Positions 12,251-25,945 of a stretch of 64,000 nt of DNA are shown piece after piece; within the stretch, counting starts at the first letter, position 1; every line of letters begins with the position of its first letter. The translations under genes and the position numbers were made by a program. Source of the DNA: Eledone cirrhosa (lineage: Eukaryota). Below the pieces are notes generated by a model. That model did not search any database and was not told the DNA's origin. It saw only the letters and a program-made list of their open reading frames with translations. The stretch is from the NCBI GenBank assembly GCA_964016885.1, contig OZ024747.1, forward strand, positions 65,224,001 to 65,288,000, written 5' to 3'.

Positions 12251-12471
12251 TATATAGGTATATTATAATAATACAAAAGACCAAAATGAACTCTGCTGGA
12301 CATCACCTGGTGGTGTTTTTGCATAGCTACGGCTTTCAAATTGTTTATTTATAAACATACCATATTCCGATAGAAATACGAAATTCCAATACATGTCTGT
12401 ATACAGCTATGTTCAAAGTTAAATTCTAATTCTATATATATAAGTTCATAAAAGTCTGATTTGGTCTTTTG

Positions 12472-12511
<40 letters not shown>

Positions 12512-12985
12512 CATATATGAATATACACAAACACATATATAATTTTATCGCAGATTAACAATGACAAAAATAAAATGTGAATCCAATCCACCTAAAATAG
12601 TGGGGAGGTTTCTCTGAAGATGTATGACAGTAACATCAAACAATATTAACTAGCTTCTATCTTTTCCAAAGAACTATATCTTCAGGCAGTAAATTGAAGG
12701 AAGGTTTCATGTTATATTTTCAGGTAGAATATCAGAATAAGTATTCTGTAGCTCTGAAGCCAGCTATCATTAATAATTCAACTGTCCTATGTATACTTTG
12801 TAAACTTCTGTTTTTATCTATTTATCTACCTATCTAGCCATCTGTCTATCTATCTATCAATCTATCTAACCATCCAACTATCCTTTATATATCACATACC
12901 TATACACCTATGCTTTGCCAGCATATATACTTTTATTCTTGCAATGGTTTTGGTCATTAGCATCCATCATCATCAATCACCTGTT

Positions 12986-13041
<56 letters not shown>

Positions 13042-13161
13042 AATATTCCAACCCTTAGTGCCAAGGAAAATGGTTGTTAAATGGTGATGATGTTTTATAT
13101 AATATATATCATCATCATCACCATTTTATATCCATTTTTCCATGCTAGCATGAGTTAGATG

Positions 13162-13217
<56 letters not shown>

Positions 13218-13247
13218 TTATGATTTAACATCCGATATCCCCTAAAT

Positions 13248-13990
13248 ATACAGTGTGGTGTAGATAAATCCGGAAAAAAATTAATGGATAATAAAAACAG
13301 CATCTTTTATATAACAAATAAATAAATTTCAATGAAACTTTATACACTGTTAGGCACATATATGAGGTACAAAAATCCTTCAATCTGGTCACTATCGGCC
13401 GCCACCACTTTCTGCAGGTAGGACCAGAAGCTGGAGCAGGCCTTGGTGACCACATCTCTGTCCATGTTGGCCTTGGCGTCCCTGATGGCTGCCTTGAGAG
13501 CTTCCTCGGTGTTGTAGGGTCTACTATTCACCTTCCTCTCCAAGACATCCTACCCAAAATAGTCAACAAGATTACAGTCAGGCAATGAGGGGGGGGGGGG
13601 CATAAGTCGAGTGACCAGTAGTACGACACATTGGCAAAGAGCCAGGCCTAGGTGTCCTGGCCTTGTGGGCAGGGGCAGAGTCCTGTTGAAAGATGCAGGA
13701 CCTCACATTAGCCACCCTGTCCATTCAGGGCTTGAGAGAGACTATCAGGGATGAACCTAGGCATCCTGGTGGCACCAGAGTGCTTCTTATGAGTCTTGCA
13801 TTCTGGCCTGAAATTGTCCTTGTTGTCTGAGGCCCCATATACTTTAGCAAAGTCTTAGCCCTTCGTTTTAGGATATTAAAACCATTCAATGATTTCCTTC
13901 ATTTTGATGCAAAAGCTCTCCACAACAGCAGCTTGACAATTGTATTCTGAAGACATGTCGATTACTATGCACCTTATGCATCAATTGCCA
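13248..13990 (-). mobile_element. Decayed Tc1/mariner-superfamily transposase (DD37D/maT-like) with one TIR
   Basis: Minus-strand IFQQDSAPAHKA, (S)PDCNLVDY, ERKVNSRPYNTEEALKAAI...KACSSF; TA-CAGTGTGGTG terminus at 13248. Confidence 0.8.
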
Positions 13991-14019
13991 GACAGCTACT
14001 GGGATTGGAAAAGTTTTAT

Positions 14020-14270
14020 ATTATTAACTCTATGATTGGCACTCTTATTATCAATTTACCCTCAACATCTACTACGTACAAAGTCTTCCATTCCTATCAG
14101 TTTGCCTGTTATCCCACTACACATCTTGTGTATCCAAGATTTGTATTGTGTACACAATATAGAGTTTATGCCTACAGTTTTTCTACATATCAAGCAAGGC
14201 CACTTCTCTGGGGAGATTGGTGCCTTGACTTCTTTCTTAAATTGATATTGTTTTTTACTAAAATTTACAC
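14020..14270 (-). mobile_element. RTE LINE internal fragment (Cys-rich region)
   Basis: KWPCLICRKTVGINSILCTQYKSWIHKMCSGI is homologous to the 17234 ORF. Confidence 0.8.
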
Positions 14271-14277
14271 ACATATA

Positions 14278-14333
<56 letters not shown>

Positions 14334-14334
14334 A

Positions 14335-15438
14335 TAGTTTCTTCCGATTTTTCCGTGGCAATACCATGTTTGTTTGTTTACTTGTCTCGCTCACTTTACG
14401 CTATATTACTTGTCCCAATAGCTTTATTTAGCTATTGCTCGCACCAACTGGAGGTATATGATTTTTAAAGCGATGAAATACCAATGAATGTTTGAAAATC
14501 ACTGATGAAGGACTAATTTTAATCACATGTAACCCATGTGCAACCACGCAGCACTCAATTCTTCTCATATTTATATATATATATTTTTCCTCAGCTGCGT
14601 TTGTCTGTTTCTTACTACTTCCCCCCTCTCTCTGTATCTCTCACCTTCTTTCGCCCCCTCTGTCAGTCACACTTTCTCTCGACTGGCCTCTTCTTCGCAC
14701 TTCCACTCACTCACTCTCTGCTTCTCCCCCTCTCACTTCCTCCCGTTTGGCCTGTGTGGGGTCCTTTCTCACTCAGACCTCACCCACGTCGGATGGTCTG
14801 TATATCTCTCTCGCCCATGAAATTCACCAAGCTTAAGCTGAATAGATATCATGTGCTTGTTTCTTCCTATCTTTCCGTGGCAATACCATGTTTGTTTGTT
14901 TATTTGTCTCGCTCGCTTTACGCTATATTACTTGTCCCAATAGCTTTATTTAGCTATTGCTCGCACCAACTAGAGGTATATGATTTTTAAAGCGATGAAA
15001 TACCAATGAAAGTTAGAAAATCACTGATGTAGGGCTAATTTTATTCATATGTAACCCATGTGCAACCACGCCGCACTCAATTCTTCTCATATTTATATAT
15101 ATATATTCACCGAATTCACAGACTAGATTCCTTCTTCCCCCCGTTAGACCTGTACAGAATTCCTTCCTTGCTCACATTCCAACCAGGTTTGATGGTCTTT
15201 ATTCTCTCTCGTTCACGATTTCACCGAACTTATATTCATGGAAATTTGGGACTTGACTCGTTCTTCCTCACTTTTCGTTGCTTCACCATTTTTGTTTGTT
15301 TACACTCTCGTATCCCCTTTATTTACGTGTCCCAACGACTTTTTTTAGCCGTTGCTCGCACCAACCGGAGGTATATGGTCTTTAAAGCAATGAAATACCA
15401 ATGATGGTTGGAAGATCACTGATGAAGGACTAACTTTA

Positions 15439-15445
<7 letters not shown>
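14335..15445. repeat. Three partial tandem copies of a ~240-bp unit containing a half hammerhead core
   Basis: Copies at ~14335-14575, ~14857-15097 and diverged ~15290-15445; CTGATGAAGGACTA at 14502 and 15418. Confidence 0.75.
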
Positions 15446-15478
<33 letters not shown>

Positions 15479-15481
15479 TAT

Positions 15482-15681
15482 ATTGTTAAACTTTGGAAGG
15501 GTGATGCTGCCAATAAAAACACATGCACCTGTGGGTTTTCACTTCAATTTATTATAAATTACAGGTTGGTTGGTTTTTATTGTTTTTTTTATTTGCAGCA
15601 TGACCCTCCCAAAGTATAACAATATCTGTTTCAGCACATGTTTTCAGATAAGAAATCTTGCAAAACAAATTCAAAGATGAA

Positions 15682-15685
<4 letters not shown>
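15482..15685. mobile_element. Short fold-back element in (TA)n; related pieces at ~5990-6155 and ~16365-16400
   Basis: TGTTAAACTTTGGAAGGGTGATGCTGCCAATAAAA versus TTTATTTGCAGCATGACCCTCCCAAAGTATAACA inverted arms plus tail. Confidence 0.55.
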
Positions 15686-15729
<44 letters not shown>

Positions 15730-15733
<4 letters not shown>

Positions 15734-16335
15734 TCATCATCATCATCATCATCAGGTTTAGCGTCCGTGTTCCACGCTTGCATGGGTTTGGACGGGGCTT
15801 TTCCCACTTGAGGCAAGAGTGGTTGTCTTGCTCGCATAGGACTGTCTGGCGGGTTTTCTACAGTTGGATGCCCTTCCTAACACCAACCACATTTACAGTG
15901 TGGGGCTGGGAGGTTTTTACCGTGTTGCCTACACAGCCACATTACAGCGTGGACTGTCTGGCGGGTTTTCTACAGCTGGATGCCCTTCCTAACACCAACC
16001 ACATTTACAGTGTGGGGCTGGGAGGTTTTTACCGTGTTGCCTACACGGCCACATTTACAGCGTGGACTGTGTGTTTTTTGTCGTGACACCTACACGATCT
16101 CATTTGTTTCGGCCTGGATGTTGTGGGACCAACATAACTTTACATTGAAAGGGGCGGTGTGGGTGGGGTGGAGGTGGTGGGACGGGGGTGTGTTTTGATA
16201 GAGATGCCTACTGACTGTAGTAGGTTTTTACTTTGTATTTAGGTAAGGCGGGTCTTCTCTATTACTGAGTACCGCCAAAGGTCTCGGTCCAGTGACATTG
16301 TCTTGGAGAGGTGTAAGCGTATGAGGTCGGAATTT
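15730..16335 (-). mobile_element. RTE LINE 3' end (last codons plus 3' UTR with internal duplication)
   Basis: Matches 51878-52370; encodes LHLSKTMSLDRDLWRYSVIEKT; (ATC)n tail. Confidence 0.85.
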
Positions 16336-16829
16336 ATATATATATATATATTTACTGAAATGATTTGGGAGAGTCATGCTGCTAATAAAAACACATGCAC
16401 AGTTGAAGCCAGCCACTTCAGTTATATTATTAATTAGGCAACTAATCGATTCCTTAGTTAGTTTAGTAACAAGATAATTATTCAATTCTCATATTTAATT
16501 GTTAAAACTCATTCATCACACATTCTGTGACTGTCATATCGACTATTTTTGCTCTTCTGTATCTCTTCTTTGTTTAGATTTTGTTCTATTTATTCCAATT
16601 TGTCTTTCAGAAAGACAAGCAATCTCACTAGCCATATGAAAATGTCAGACACTAGTGTCTCAGGATTCTCATCCATCATCAGTGATGTTTTTTCACTCAA
16701 TACTATGACAAGTAAAAGCTCTAGCTTAAATAATTTTTGTATATAAAACAGCTGATGGACATATTCATTTGTATATTGTGAGCTTGTATGTATGTTTGTG
16801 CGTATGTATGTGTGTGTGCATGGATGGAT

Positions 16830-16865
<36 letters not shown>

Positions 16866-17079
16866 GGAGGCTTAGTAAAATCGAATCTTTGGTGGTGTGC
16901 AAGCAAATTCGACCTACGATATGAATGAGTTAGCAAAGCACTCAACAAGGGTAGGTCCTTAGAGTAATAACATACGTTTAAATAACTTGACAAATTGAAC
17001 ATTGTAGCAGGCAAAATCTAACACACAATACCAAAGTAATGAAAGAACTAACAGGTTGAAAAAAAATATATATATATAT

Positions 17080-18475
17080 TTAGGAATTTAGCGTACAGGT
17101 TGGGGTCCACCAGGGCTCTGTTCTTAGCCCTCTCCTGTTCATCATAGTCCTGCAGGCAATAACGGAGGAGTTTAAGACCGGATTCCCATGGGAACTCCTG
17201 TATGCTGATGACCTCGCACTCATAGCTGAATCTATGGTAGAACTAGAGAATAAATTCCAAACCTGGAAGCAGGGACTAGAGAGAAAGGGTCTCAAAGTCA
17301 ACATGACAAAGACTAAGGTCCTTGTAAGTAGACGAGAAAACAGAACCCAGATCCCCTCAGGGAAATGGCCTTGCTCAGTATGTAGGAAAGGTGTAGGTAG
17401 GAACTCCATTCTCTGCCCCAAATGCAAACAATGGGTACACAAGAGATGTAGCGGGATCTCAGGAAGCTTAATTAAGAATGTAGGATTCACATGCAGCAGC
17501 TGTGCTGAAACAGCAAGCAGCAAACAGCCACAGGAAACAAGTACCACCAATCTCTGGGAGGGCCCTGTAGAAACAGTAGACAGCTTCTGCTACCTAGGTG
17601 ACCGAATTAGCAACGGAGGTGGGTGTTCAGAAAGTACAATAACTAGGGTAAGAACGGGATGGAAGAAGTTTAGGGAACTACTACCACTGCTAGCTGCAAA
17701 AGGCTTCTCCCTCAGAATGAAAGGCAGACTGTATGATGCGTGTATCCGAACAGCGATGTTGCATGGTAGTGAGACCTGGGCGCTGAAGGTGGAAGACTTA
17801 CGTAGATTAGAGAGAAACGAAGCCTGCATGCTCCGATGGATGTGTAACAGTAATATACGTGAACGACAAAGCATAAATGAATTGAGAGAGAGACTGAGCA
17901 TAAGAGGAATCAAATGCTGTGTGCAGGAGAGGCGGTTTCGCTGGTATGGACATGTGATGTGTATGAAGGATGACAGCTGCATAAAAAGGTGCAGAGCACT
18001 AGAAGTTGATGGAAACCACGGAGTGGGGAGACCCAAGATGACCTGGGATGAGGTGATAAAAGCCGACCTTACCCAACTACACCTCTCAAAGACAATGACA
18101 CACGACCGTGACTTCTGGCGTCACGCAGTAATACAGCGTACCCGACCTCCCATGGGTACATGCTGAAGCATATAAACAATATGTCCCCACACACCCCACC
18201 GCAAGGTGGTCGTGGAGGTGCCACGGCAAAAAAGCACCCAGCCCACACTGTAAAGTGGACGTGTAGGCGCCACGAAAAAGCACCCAGCACTCACTGTAAA
18301 TGAGGTTGGTGTTAGGAAGGGCATCCAGCTGTAGAAATCAAGCCAGATCAGTTCCTGTATGAGCAAGGCATGGTCAGCCGACCAGACACTGCACACAACA
18401 GGACAACCCGTCTAACCCATGCTAGCGTGGAAGAACGGACGTAAAACAGTGATGATGATGATGATGATGATGATA
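17080..18475 (+). mobile_element. 5'-truncated young RTE LINE: RT C-half (QGSVLSPLLF, YADD), Cys/His-rich insertion, C-terminal domain, 3' UTR, (GAT)n tail
   Basis: Open frame from ~17084 to the stop at 18166; YLGD, MLHGSETW, RRFRWYGHV motifs; both flanks read TATATATATTT. Confidence 0.95.
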
Positions 18476-18558
18476 TATATATTTTCTCTAATTTCCAATA
18501 GCCGAAATACGATTCTCACTAATTTATATTTGTATATATATATATATTTTCTTTTTAG

Positions 18559-18722
18559 ATATAGATGAGATTCTACAGGACTAGAACTGTTTCATTCTTT
18601 AGAAATCATCAGTTCTAGTCCTGTAGAATCTCATCTATATTATTAAAACTTTTATACTCTACTATGTATTGAGTACCTTACTTACTGTGGTTACCTCCTA
18701 TTCAACCCGGAATAACTTACCT
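18559..18722. mobile_element. Mini fold-back element with hammerhead-like core in the loop and ACTC..GAGT tail
   Basis: 31-bp perfect arms 18559-18589 / 18610-18640; minus strand CTGATGA-T-TTC-TAAA-GAA-T-GAAAC-AGTT. Confidence 0.6.
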
Positions 18723-18753
18723 ATATATATCATCATCATCATCATCATCATCG

Positions 18754-18796
<43 letters not shown>

Positions 18797-19061
18797 ATAT
18801 GTATATATGTATATATCTAGAAGTAACATTTGAACACCAACCAGATGCGAGAAAAACCACAAACCCTCCATCTCAATTCTACTTTTGTAAAGCATAAGAA
18901 CTGTGAAACCGGTAAAGGAAACAAATAAATATTCTTAAAAATACTCCAGTTGTATTTTCAATTTCTTTTCCTTATACTTTCACTTGTGTAGGACATCTCG
19001 GTATTTTTCATTTTAAAAAAAAATCATTTGCTTATATATATACATATGTGTGTGTGTGTAT

Positions 19062-19320
19062 ATCATCATCATCATCATCATCAACGTTTAACGTCCGTGT
19101 TCCACGCTTGCATGGGTTTGGACGGGGGTAGTCCCACTTGAGGCAAGAGTGATTGTCTTGCTCGCATAGGACTGTCTGGCAGGTTTTCTACAGTTGGATG
19201 CCCTTCCTAACACCAACCACATTTACAGTGTGGGTCTGGGAGGTTTTTACCGTGTTGCCTACACGGCCACATTACAGCGTGGACTGTGTGTTTTTTTGTC
19301 GTGACACCTACACGATCTCG
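19062..19320 (-). mobile_element. RTE 3' UTR fragment
   Basis: Same sequence as 15730-16100. Confidence 0.85.
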
Positions 19321-19329
19321 TTATATATA

Positions 19330-19398
<69 letters not shown>

Positions 19399-19407
19399 AT
19401 GTATATA

Positions 19408-19443
<36 letters not shown>

Positions 19444-19472
19444 ATGTATATATATATATGTATATATATATG

Positions 19473-19527
<55 letters not shown>

Positions 19528-19604
19528 TTATATATATGTAGATATATATATATGTATATATATGTATATATATGTGTATATATATATATGTATATATATA
19601 TATG

Positions 19605-19716
<112 letters not shown>

Positions 19717-19719
19717 TAT

Positions 19720-20283
<564 letters not shown>

Positions 20284-20302
20284 TATATATATATATACAT
20301 AT

Positions 20303-20762
20303 ACGAAAGGCCGGTTATATGATGCCTGTGTGAGATGCGCGACGCTGCATGGTAGTGAGACATGGGCAGCAACTACAGAGGATATGCGATGGCTGGAGAG
20401 AAATGAAGCAAGCATGCTCCGTTGGATTTGCAATGTCAATGTGCGTCAATGACCAAGCATAGATGAGTTGAGAGAGAAACTAGGTATAAGAGGGATAGGT
20501 TGTGGTGTGCAGGAGAGAAGACTGAGATGGTATGGACATGTGATGCACATGGATGACATATTGGGTAAAGGAGTGCCAAGAAATCCCAGTAGAAGTAAGA
20601 CCATGAAAAACATGGGTGGAGGTAGTAAGATCAGACCTCAGATCGCTGAAGCTCACAGAGGAGATGATGAAGAACCGTGACAAGTGGAGAGAGGCTGTGC
20701 TGAATAGGACCATCCCACCCTTGCAAGCAGGGAAAAGCGGACGTAAAATGATGATGATGATG
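20303..20762 (+). mobile_element. RTE LINE 3' fragment
   Basis: [29 protein letters not shown]; (GAT)n tail. Confidence 0.9.
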
Positions 20763-20769
20763 ATATATA

Positions 20770-21140
20770 ACCGTTTTACGTCCGTTCTTCCACTCTAGCA
20801 TGGATTAGATGGGTTGTCCTGTTGTGGGCAGTGTCCGGTCGGCTGACCTTGTCTTGCTCATACTGGCACAGATTCTGGCTTGATATCTACAGCTGGATGC
20901 CCTTCCTAACACCAACCTCATTTACAGTGAGTGATGGGTGCTTTTTTGCCGTGGCACCTCCACGACCACTTTGCAGTGGAATGATAGGGACCCCAGTCTC
21001 TATCATCTCATTTCTACAGCTGAGTAAACTGGAGCAATGTGAAATAAAGTGTCTTGCTCAAGGAAACAACACATCACCCGGTCTGAGAATTGAACTCACA
21101 ATCTTTCGATTGCAAGCCCAATGCTCCAACCACTAAGCCA
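20770..21140 (-). mobile_element. Near full-length tRNA-head CORE-type SINE with RTE-derived tail
   Basis: Minus strand: A-box-like TGGCTTAGTGG, B-box-like GAGTTCAATTCTC, CORE-like TGTGTTGTTTCCTTGAGCAAGACACTTTA; 3' half shared with RTE UTR 18200-18450. Confidence 0.8.
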
Positions 21141-23149
21141 TATAATATACTCTAACGCATATGTTGAGTACTCTTTTCCATGCTTGTTGACAAACTGCTA
21201 CATTTGAATATATACAATACACACACACATATGTCCACACAATATAATGTGGGTTACTTGAGTCTTTGTTTCTATTTGCTTTTCCTATTCCTGTCTTTCT
21301 CTCTATCTTTCCAAAGAACTTAACCTTCAAACGTCAAAGAACTTTCCATTTCCATTTCCAGAATGTCAACTTAATGAGTACGCGTTTACGTCGTCTTTTG
21401 TCTGCTTTCCTTGTTACACATTTTTACCTATATAAGCATGTATGTGCATGTGTGTATATTTACACACAGAGACACAAACACACACACAGACACACACCGA
21501 CACACAAATACACACACACTCACAAACACAGATACACACACACACACAGACACAAACAGAAACACACACACACAAAAAAACACACATACACACACACACG
21601 CGCACACACACACACACACACAAACCCAAACGATAGTCTTTCAAACACTATCTTCTCTAATTAGGTGGCATGAATCAGTTTTGCAATGAGTTTGAAAAGT
21701 CAGTTTAGAGTTGTTTCTTTAGAATAATTCTGTGTTTGGGTATTACTTGGTACAGAGAATTTCAAATCAAACAATTATATATTTGCCTCATTTTTCATCT
21801 AAAATTAAATGTCAGTTGAATCTTATTTCCTGCTTGGTGATATGATAAGTTAATTTTTTACTCCAGCTATTGTTCTTTCTATATTTTACTTATACAGAGT
21901 GAGTAATAAGTAAGTAGGAAGTCAATGTATTTTTATTGCAATGTATTTTTATTGCAAGAATCACAGATAATGTTTTGAACTTCTGCTTATTTCTGTGTGA
22001 TCAGCATATTTTTAACTACCTTTTTTTGATATATTTATAATTTCATTATATAAATATATGACCAGAATTTTAGTAAATATTATCATTTGGAATATAAATG
22101 TTGCACTTCCCTGTTACTTATGACTCATGTTACCTATAGATTCTCCTATAGTTTACATGATAGCTGCGACTCAATTTTGAGTAATGCTATCGCTTGATAC
22201 TTAAGCATGAACATCACAGACATAGCTTTATAGTGCTTCTAGGGACTTGCCTATGGCCAGCAATGTCATGCATCACAAAAAATGTCACATATCAAGCAAT
22301 GTCTGTGCTTGAAGCTTTTTTAAGTGAGGAAAGGCTTTGCACAGATTCAATCCCACTCTCTGAAGCTTGTTTGGTGAGGAGGGTGGTTTTCGACACACTG
22401 CAGGATGAAAAACAAGACCCATCAAAGGGCAGAGGAACTCAGGAGCGTCAACAGCCATCCAATAAAGACTTTACATATAAACTGTCATATCTTTTGACTA
22501 TCCTTTATCTATAAATTTTACATATATTTCACCTATAGATTCTCCTACATTTTACCCATTTTTACCAATATATTGTATATATAGACTGTCAAATATAATA
22601 CCTATATTTTTGCTATATATTTTATATAATAGAGTGACATATATTTTACCTATTTCCACTTAGTATATTTCACAAATGGAAATACCAAATTAAAAATATT
22701 GTTGTTACATTATTTTTGCTGGCTTAACATATGTGCCTGTGGTATTTGTAAGGAATTCTTCGGAAATATTGATGACCAACAAAGTTACATAAAACACAAA
22801 TGAAATAATGGTACGTGTTCTTGCATTTGATAAATTTGACCACCTTCATATAAAAATCAGAAATTTTATTTACTGACAATTTTATATACATGAACATTCA
22901 GTTGATATAAAACTGTGAAGCACAAAACTCAGAAGGCAAACGTCACGGACCAACAAATATAAATTCAGTTTTAAAGCCCACTCTTGGATCACCCCCACCC
23001 TCACTGAACAAGTTACATGTAAGCCAACTGTTGCTCTGTCTCTCTTCTTACACCCCTATGCTCAGCACAGCCTTCCTCCCCGACTAGCCAGTTCAAGGAC
23101 AAAATGAGTGCCCAAATATCATAATTAGGAAGTACTCATGACATAACAT

Positions 23150-25945
23150 GCAACCAGCCTATGTTGCAAAGTGGTAGTGTTGAGAGCACAACAAAAAGGA
23201 CCCAATCCACCCTGTAAAGTGGTAGTACTAGTACCACAACAAATAGCATGAAGTCCACCCTGTAAAGTGATAGTGCTGGTACCACAACAAATAGCATGAA
23301 GTCCACCCTGTAAAGTGGTAGTGCTGGTACCACAACAAATAGCATGAAGTCCACCCTTTAAAGTGATAGTGCTGGTACCACAACAAATAGCATGAAGTCC
23401 ACCCTGTAAAGTGGTAGTACTAGTACCACAACAAATAGCATGAAGTTCACCCTGTAAAGTGGTAGTACTAGTACCACAACAAATAGCATGAAGTCCACCC
23501 TGTAAAGTGATAGTGCTGGTACCACAACAAATAGCATGAAGTCCACCCTGTAAAGTGGTAGTGCTGGTACCACAACAAATAGCATGAAGTCCACCCTTTA
23601 AAGTGATAGTGCTGGTACCACAACAAATAGCATGAAGTCCACCCTGTAAATTGGTAGTACTAGTACCACAACAAATAGCATGAAGTTCACCCTGTAAAGT
23701 GGTAGTACTAGTACCACAACAAATAGCATGAAGTCCACCCTGTAAAGTGGTAGTGCTGGTACCACAACAAATAGCATGAAGTCCACCCTGTAAAGTGGTA
23801 GTACTAGTACCACAACAAATAGCATGAAGTCCACCCTGTAAAGTGATAGTGCTAGTACCACAACAAATAGCATGAAGTCCACCCTGTAAAGTGGTAGTAC
23901 TAGTACCACAACAAATAGCATGAAGTCCACCCTGTAAAGTGGTAGTACTAGTACCACAACAAATAGCATGAAGTCCACCCTTTAAAGTGATAGTGCTGGT
24001 ACCACAACAAATAGCATGAAGTCCACCCTGTAAAGTGGTAGTACTAGTACCACAACAAATAGCATGAAGTCCACCCTGTAAAGTGGTAGTACTAGTACCA
24101 CAACAAATAGCATGAAGTTCACCCTGTAAAGTGGTAGTACTAGTACCACAACAAATAGCATGAAGTCCACCCTTTAAAGTGATAGTGCTGGTACCACAAC
24201 AAATAGCATGAAGTCCACCCTGTAAAGTGGTAGTACTAGTACCACAACAAATAGCATGAAGTCCACCCTGTAAAGTGGTAGTACTAGTACCACAACAAAT
24301 AGCATGAAGTTCACCCTGTAAAGTGGTAGTACTAGTACCACAACAAATAGCATGAAGTCCACCCTGTAAAGTGGTAGTACTAGTAGCACAACAAATAGCA
24401 TGAAGTCCACCCTGTAAAGTGATAGTGCTGGTACCACAACAAATAGCATGAAGTCCACCCTGTAAAGTGGTAGTACTAGTACCACAACAAATAGCATGAA
24501 GTCCACCCTGTAAAGTGATAGTGCTGGTACCACAACAAATAGCATGAAGTCCACCCTGTAAAGTGGTAGTACTAGTACCACAACAAATAGCATGAAGTCC
24601 ACCCTGTAAAGTGATAGTGCTAGTACCACAACAAATAGCATGAAGTCCACCCTGTAAAGTGGTAGTACTAGTACCACAACAAATAGCATGAAGTCCACCC
24701 TGTAAAGTGGTAGTACTAGTACCACAACAAATAGCATGAAGTCCACCCTTTAAAGTGATAGTGCTGGTACCACAACAAATAGCATGAAGTCCACCCTGTA
24801 AAGTGGTAGTACTAGTACCACAACAAATAGCATGAAGTCCACCCTGTAAAGTGGTAGTACTAGTACCACAACAAATAGCATGAAGTTCACCCTGTAAAGT
24901 GGTAGTACTAGTACCACAACAAATAGCATGAAGTCCACCCTTTAAAGTGATAGTGCTGGTACCACAACAAATAGCATGAAGTCCACCCTGTAAAGTGGTA
25001 GTACTAATACCACAACAAATAGCATGAAGTCCACCCTGTAAAGTGGTAGTACTAGTACCACAACAAATAGCATGAAGTTCACCCTGTAAAGTGGTAGTAC
25101 TAGTACCACAACAAATAGCATGAAGTCCACCCTGTAAAGTGGTAGTACTAGTACCACAACAAATAGCATGAAGTCCACCCTGTAAAGTGGTAGTACTAGT
25201 ACCACAACAAATAGCATGAAGTCCACCCTTTAAAGTAATAGTGCTGGTACCACAACAAATAGCATGAAGTCCACCCTGTAAAGTGGTAGTACTAGTACCA
25301 CAACAAATAGCATGAAGTCCACCCTGTAAAGTGGTAGTACTAGTACCACAACAAATAGCATGAAGTCCACCCTTTAAAGTGATAGTGCTGGTACCACAAC
25401 AAATAGCATGAAGTTCACCCTGTAAAGTGATAGTGCTGGTACCACAACAAATAGCATGCAGTCCACCCTGTAAAGTGGTAGTACTGGTACCACAACAAAT
25501 AGCATGAAGTCCACCCTGTAAAGTGATAGTGCTGGTACCACAACAAATAGCATGAAGTTCACCCTGTAAAGTGATAGTGCTGGTACCACAACAAATAGCA
25601 TGAAGTCCACCCTGTAAAGTGGTAGTACTAGTACCACAACAAATAGCATGAAGTCCACCCTGTAAAGTGGTAGTACTGGTACCACAACAAATAGCATGAA
25701 GTCCACCCTGTAAAGTGGTAGTACTGGTACCACAACAAATAGCATGAAGTCCACCCTGTAAAGTGGTAGTACTGGTACCACAACAAATAGCATGAAGTCC
25801 ACCCTGTAAAGTGGTAGTACTGGTACCACAACAAATAGCATGAAGTCCACCCTGTAAAGTGGTAGTACTGGTACCACAACAAATAGCATGAAGTCCACCC
25901 TGTAAAGTGACAGTGCTGGTGCCATGAAAAAATCTACCAGTACTC
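23150..25945. repeat. 48-bp minisatellite (~58 units) grown inside a SINE/RTE 3' region
   Basis: Unit CCACCCTGTAAAGTGGTAGTACTAGTACCACAACAAATAGCATGAAGT; continues into GGAAGGGAATCC...GATGAT tail at 25945-26090. Confidence 0.95.

Noticed and set aside
12270-12476. 16-bp inverted repeat AATACAAAAGACCAAA / TTTGGTCTTTTGTATT between TA tracts
   Set aside because: May be another fold-back remnant, but neither a ribozyme core nor the tail motif could be identified
12610-12660. CTGAAGA-TGT...ACA-TCAAAC
   Set aside because: GAAA core broken and no stem I
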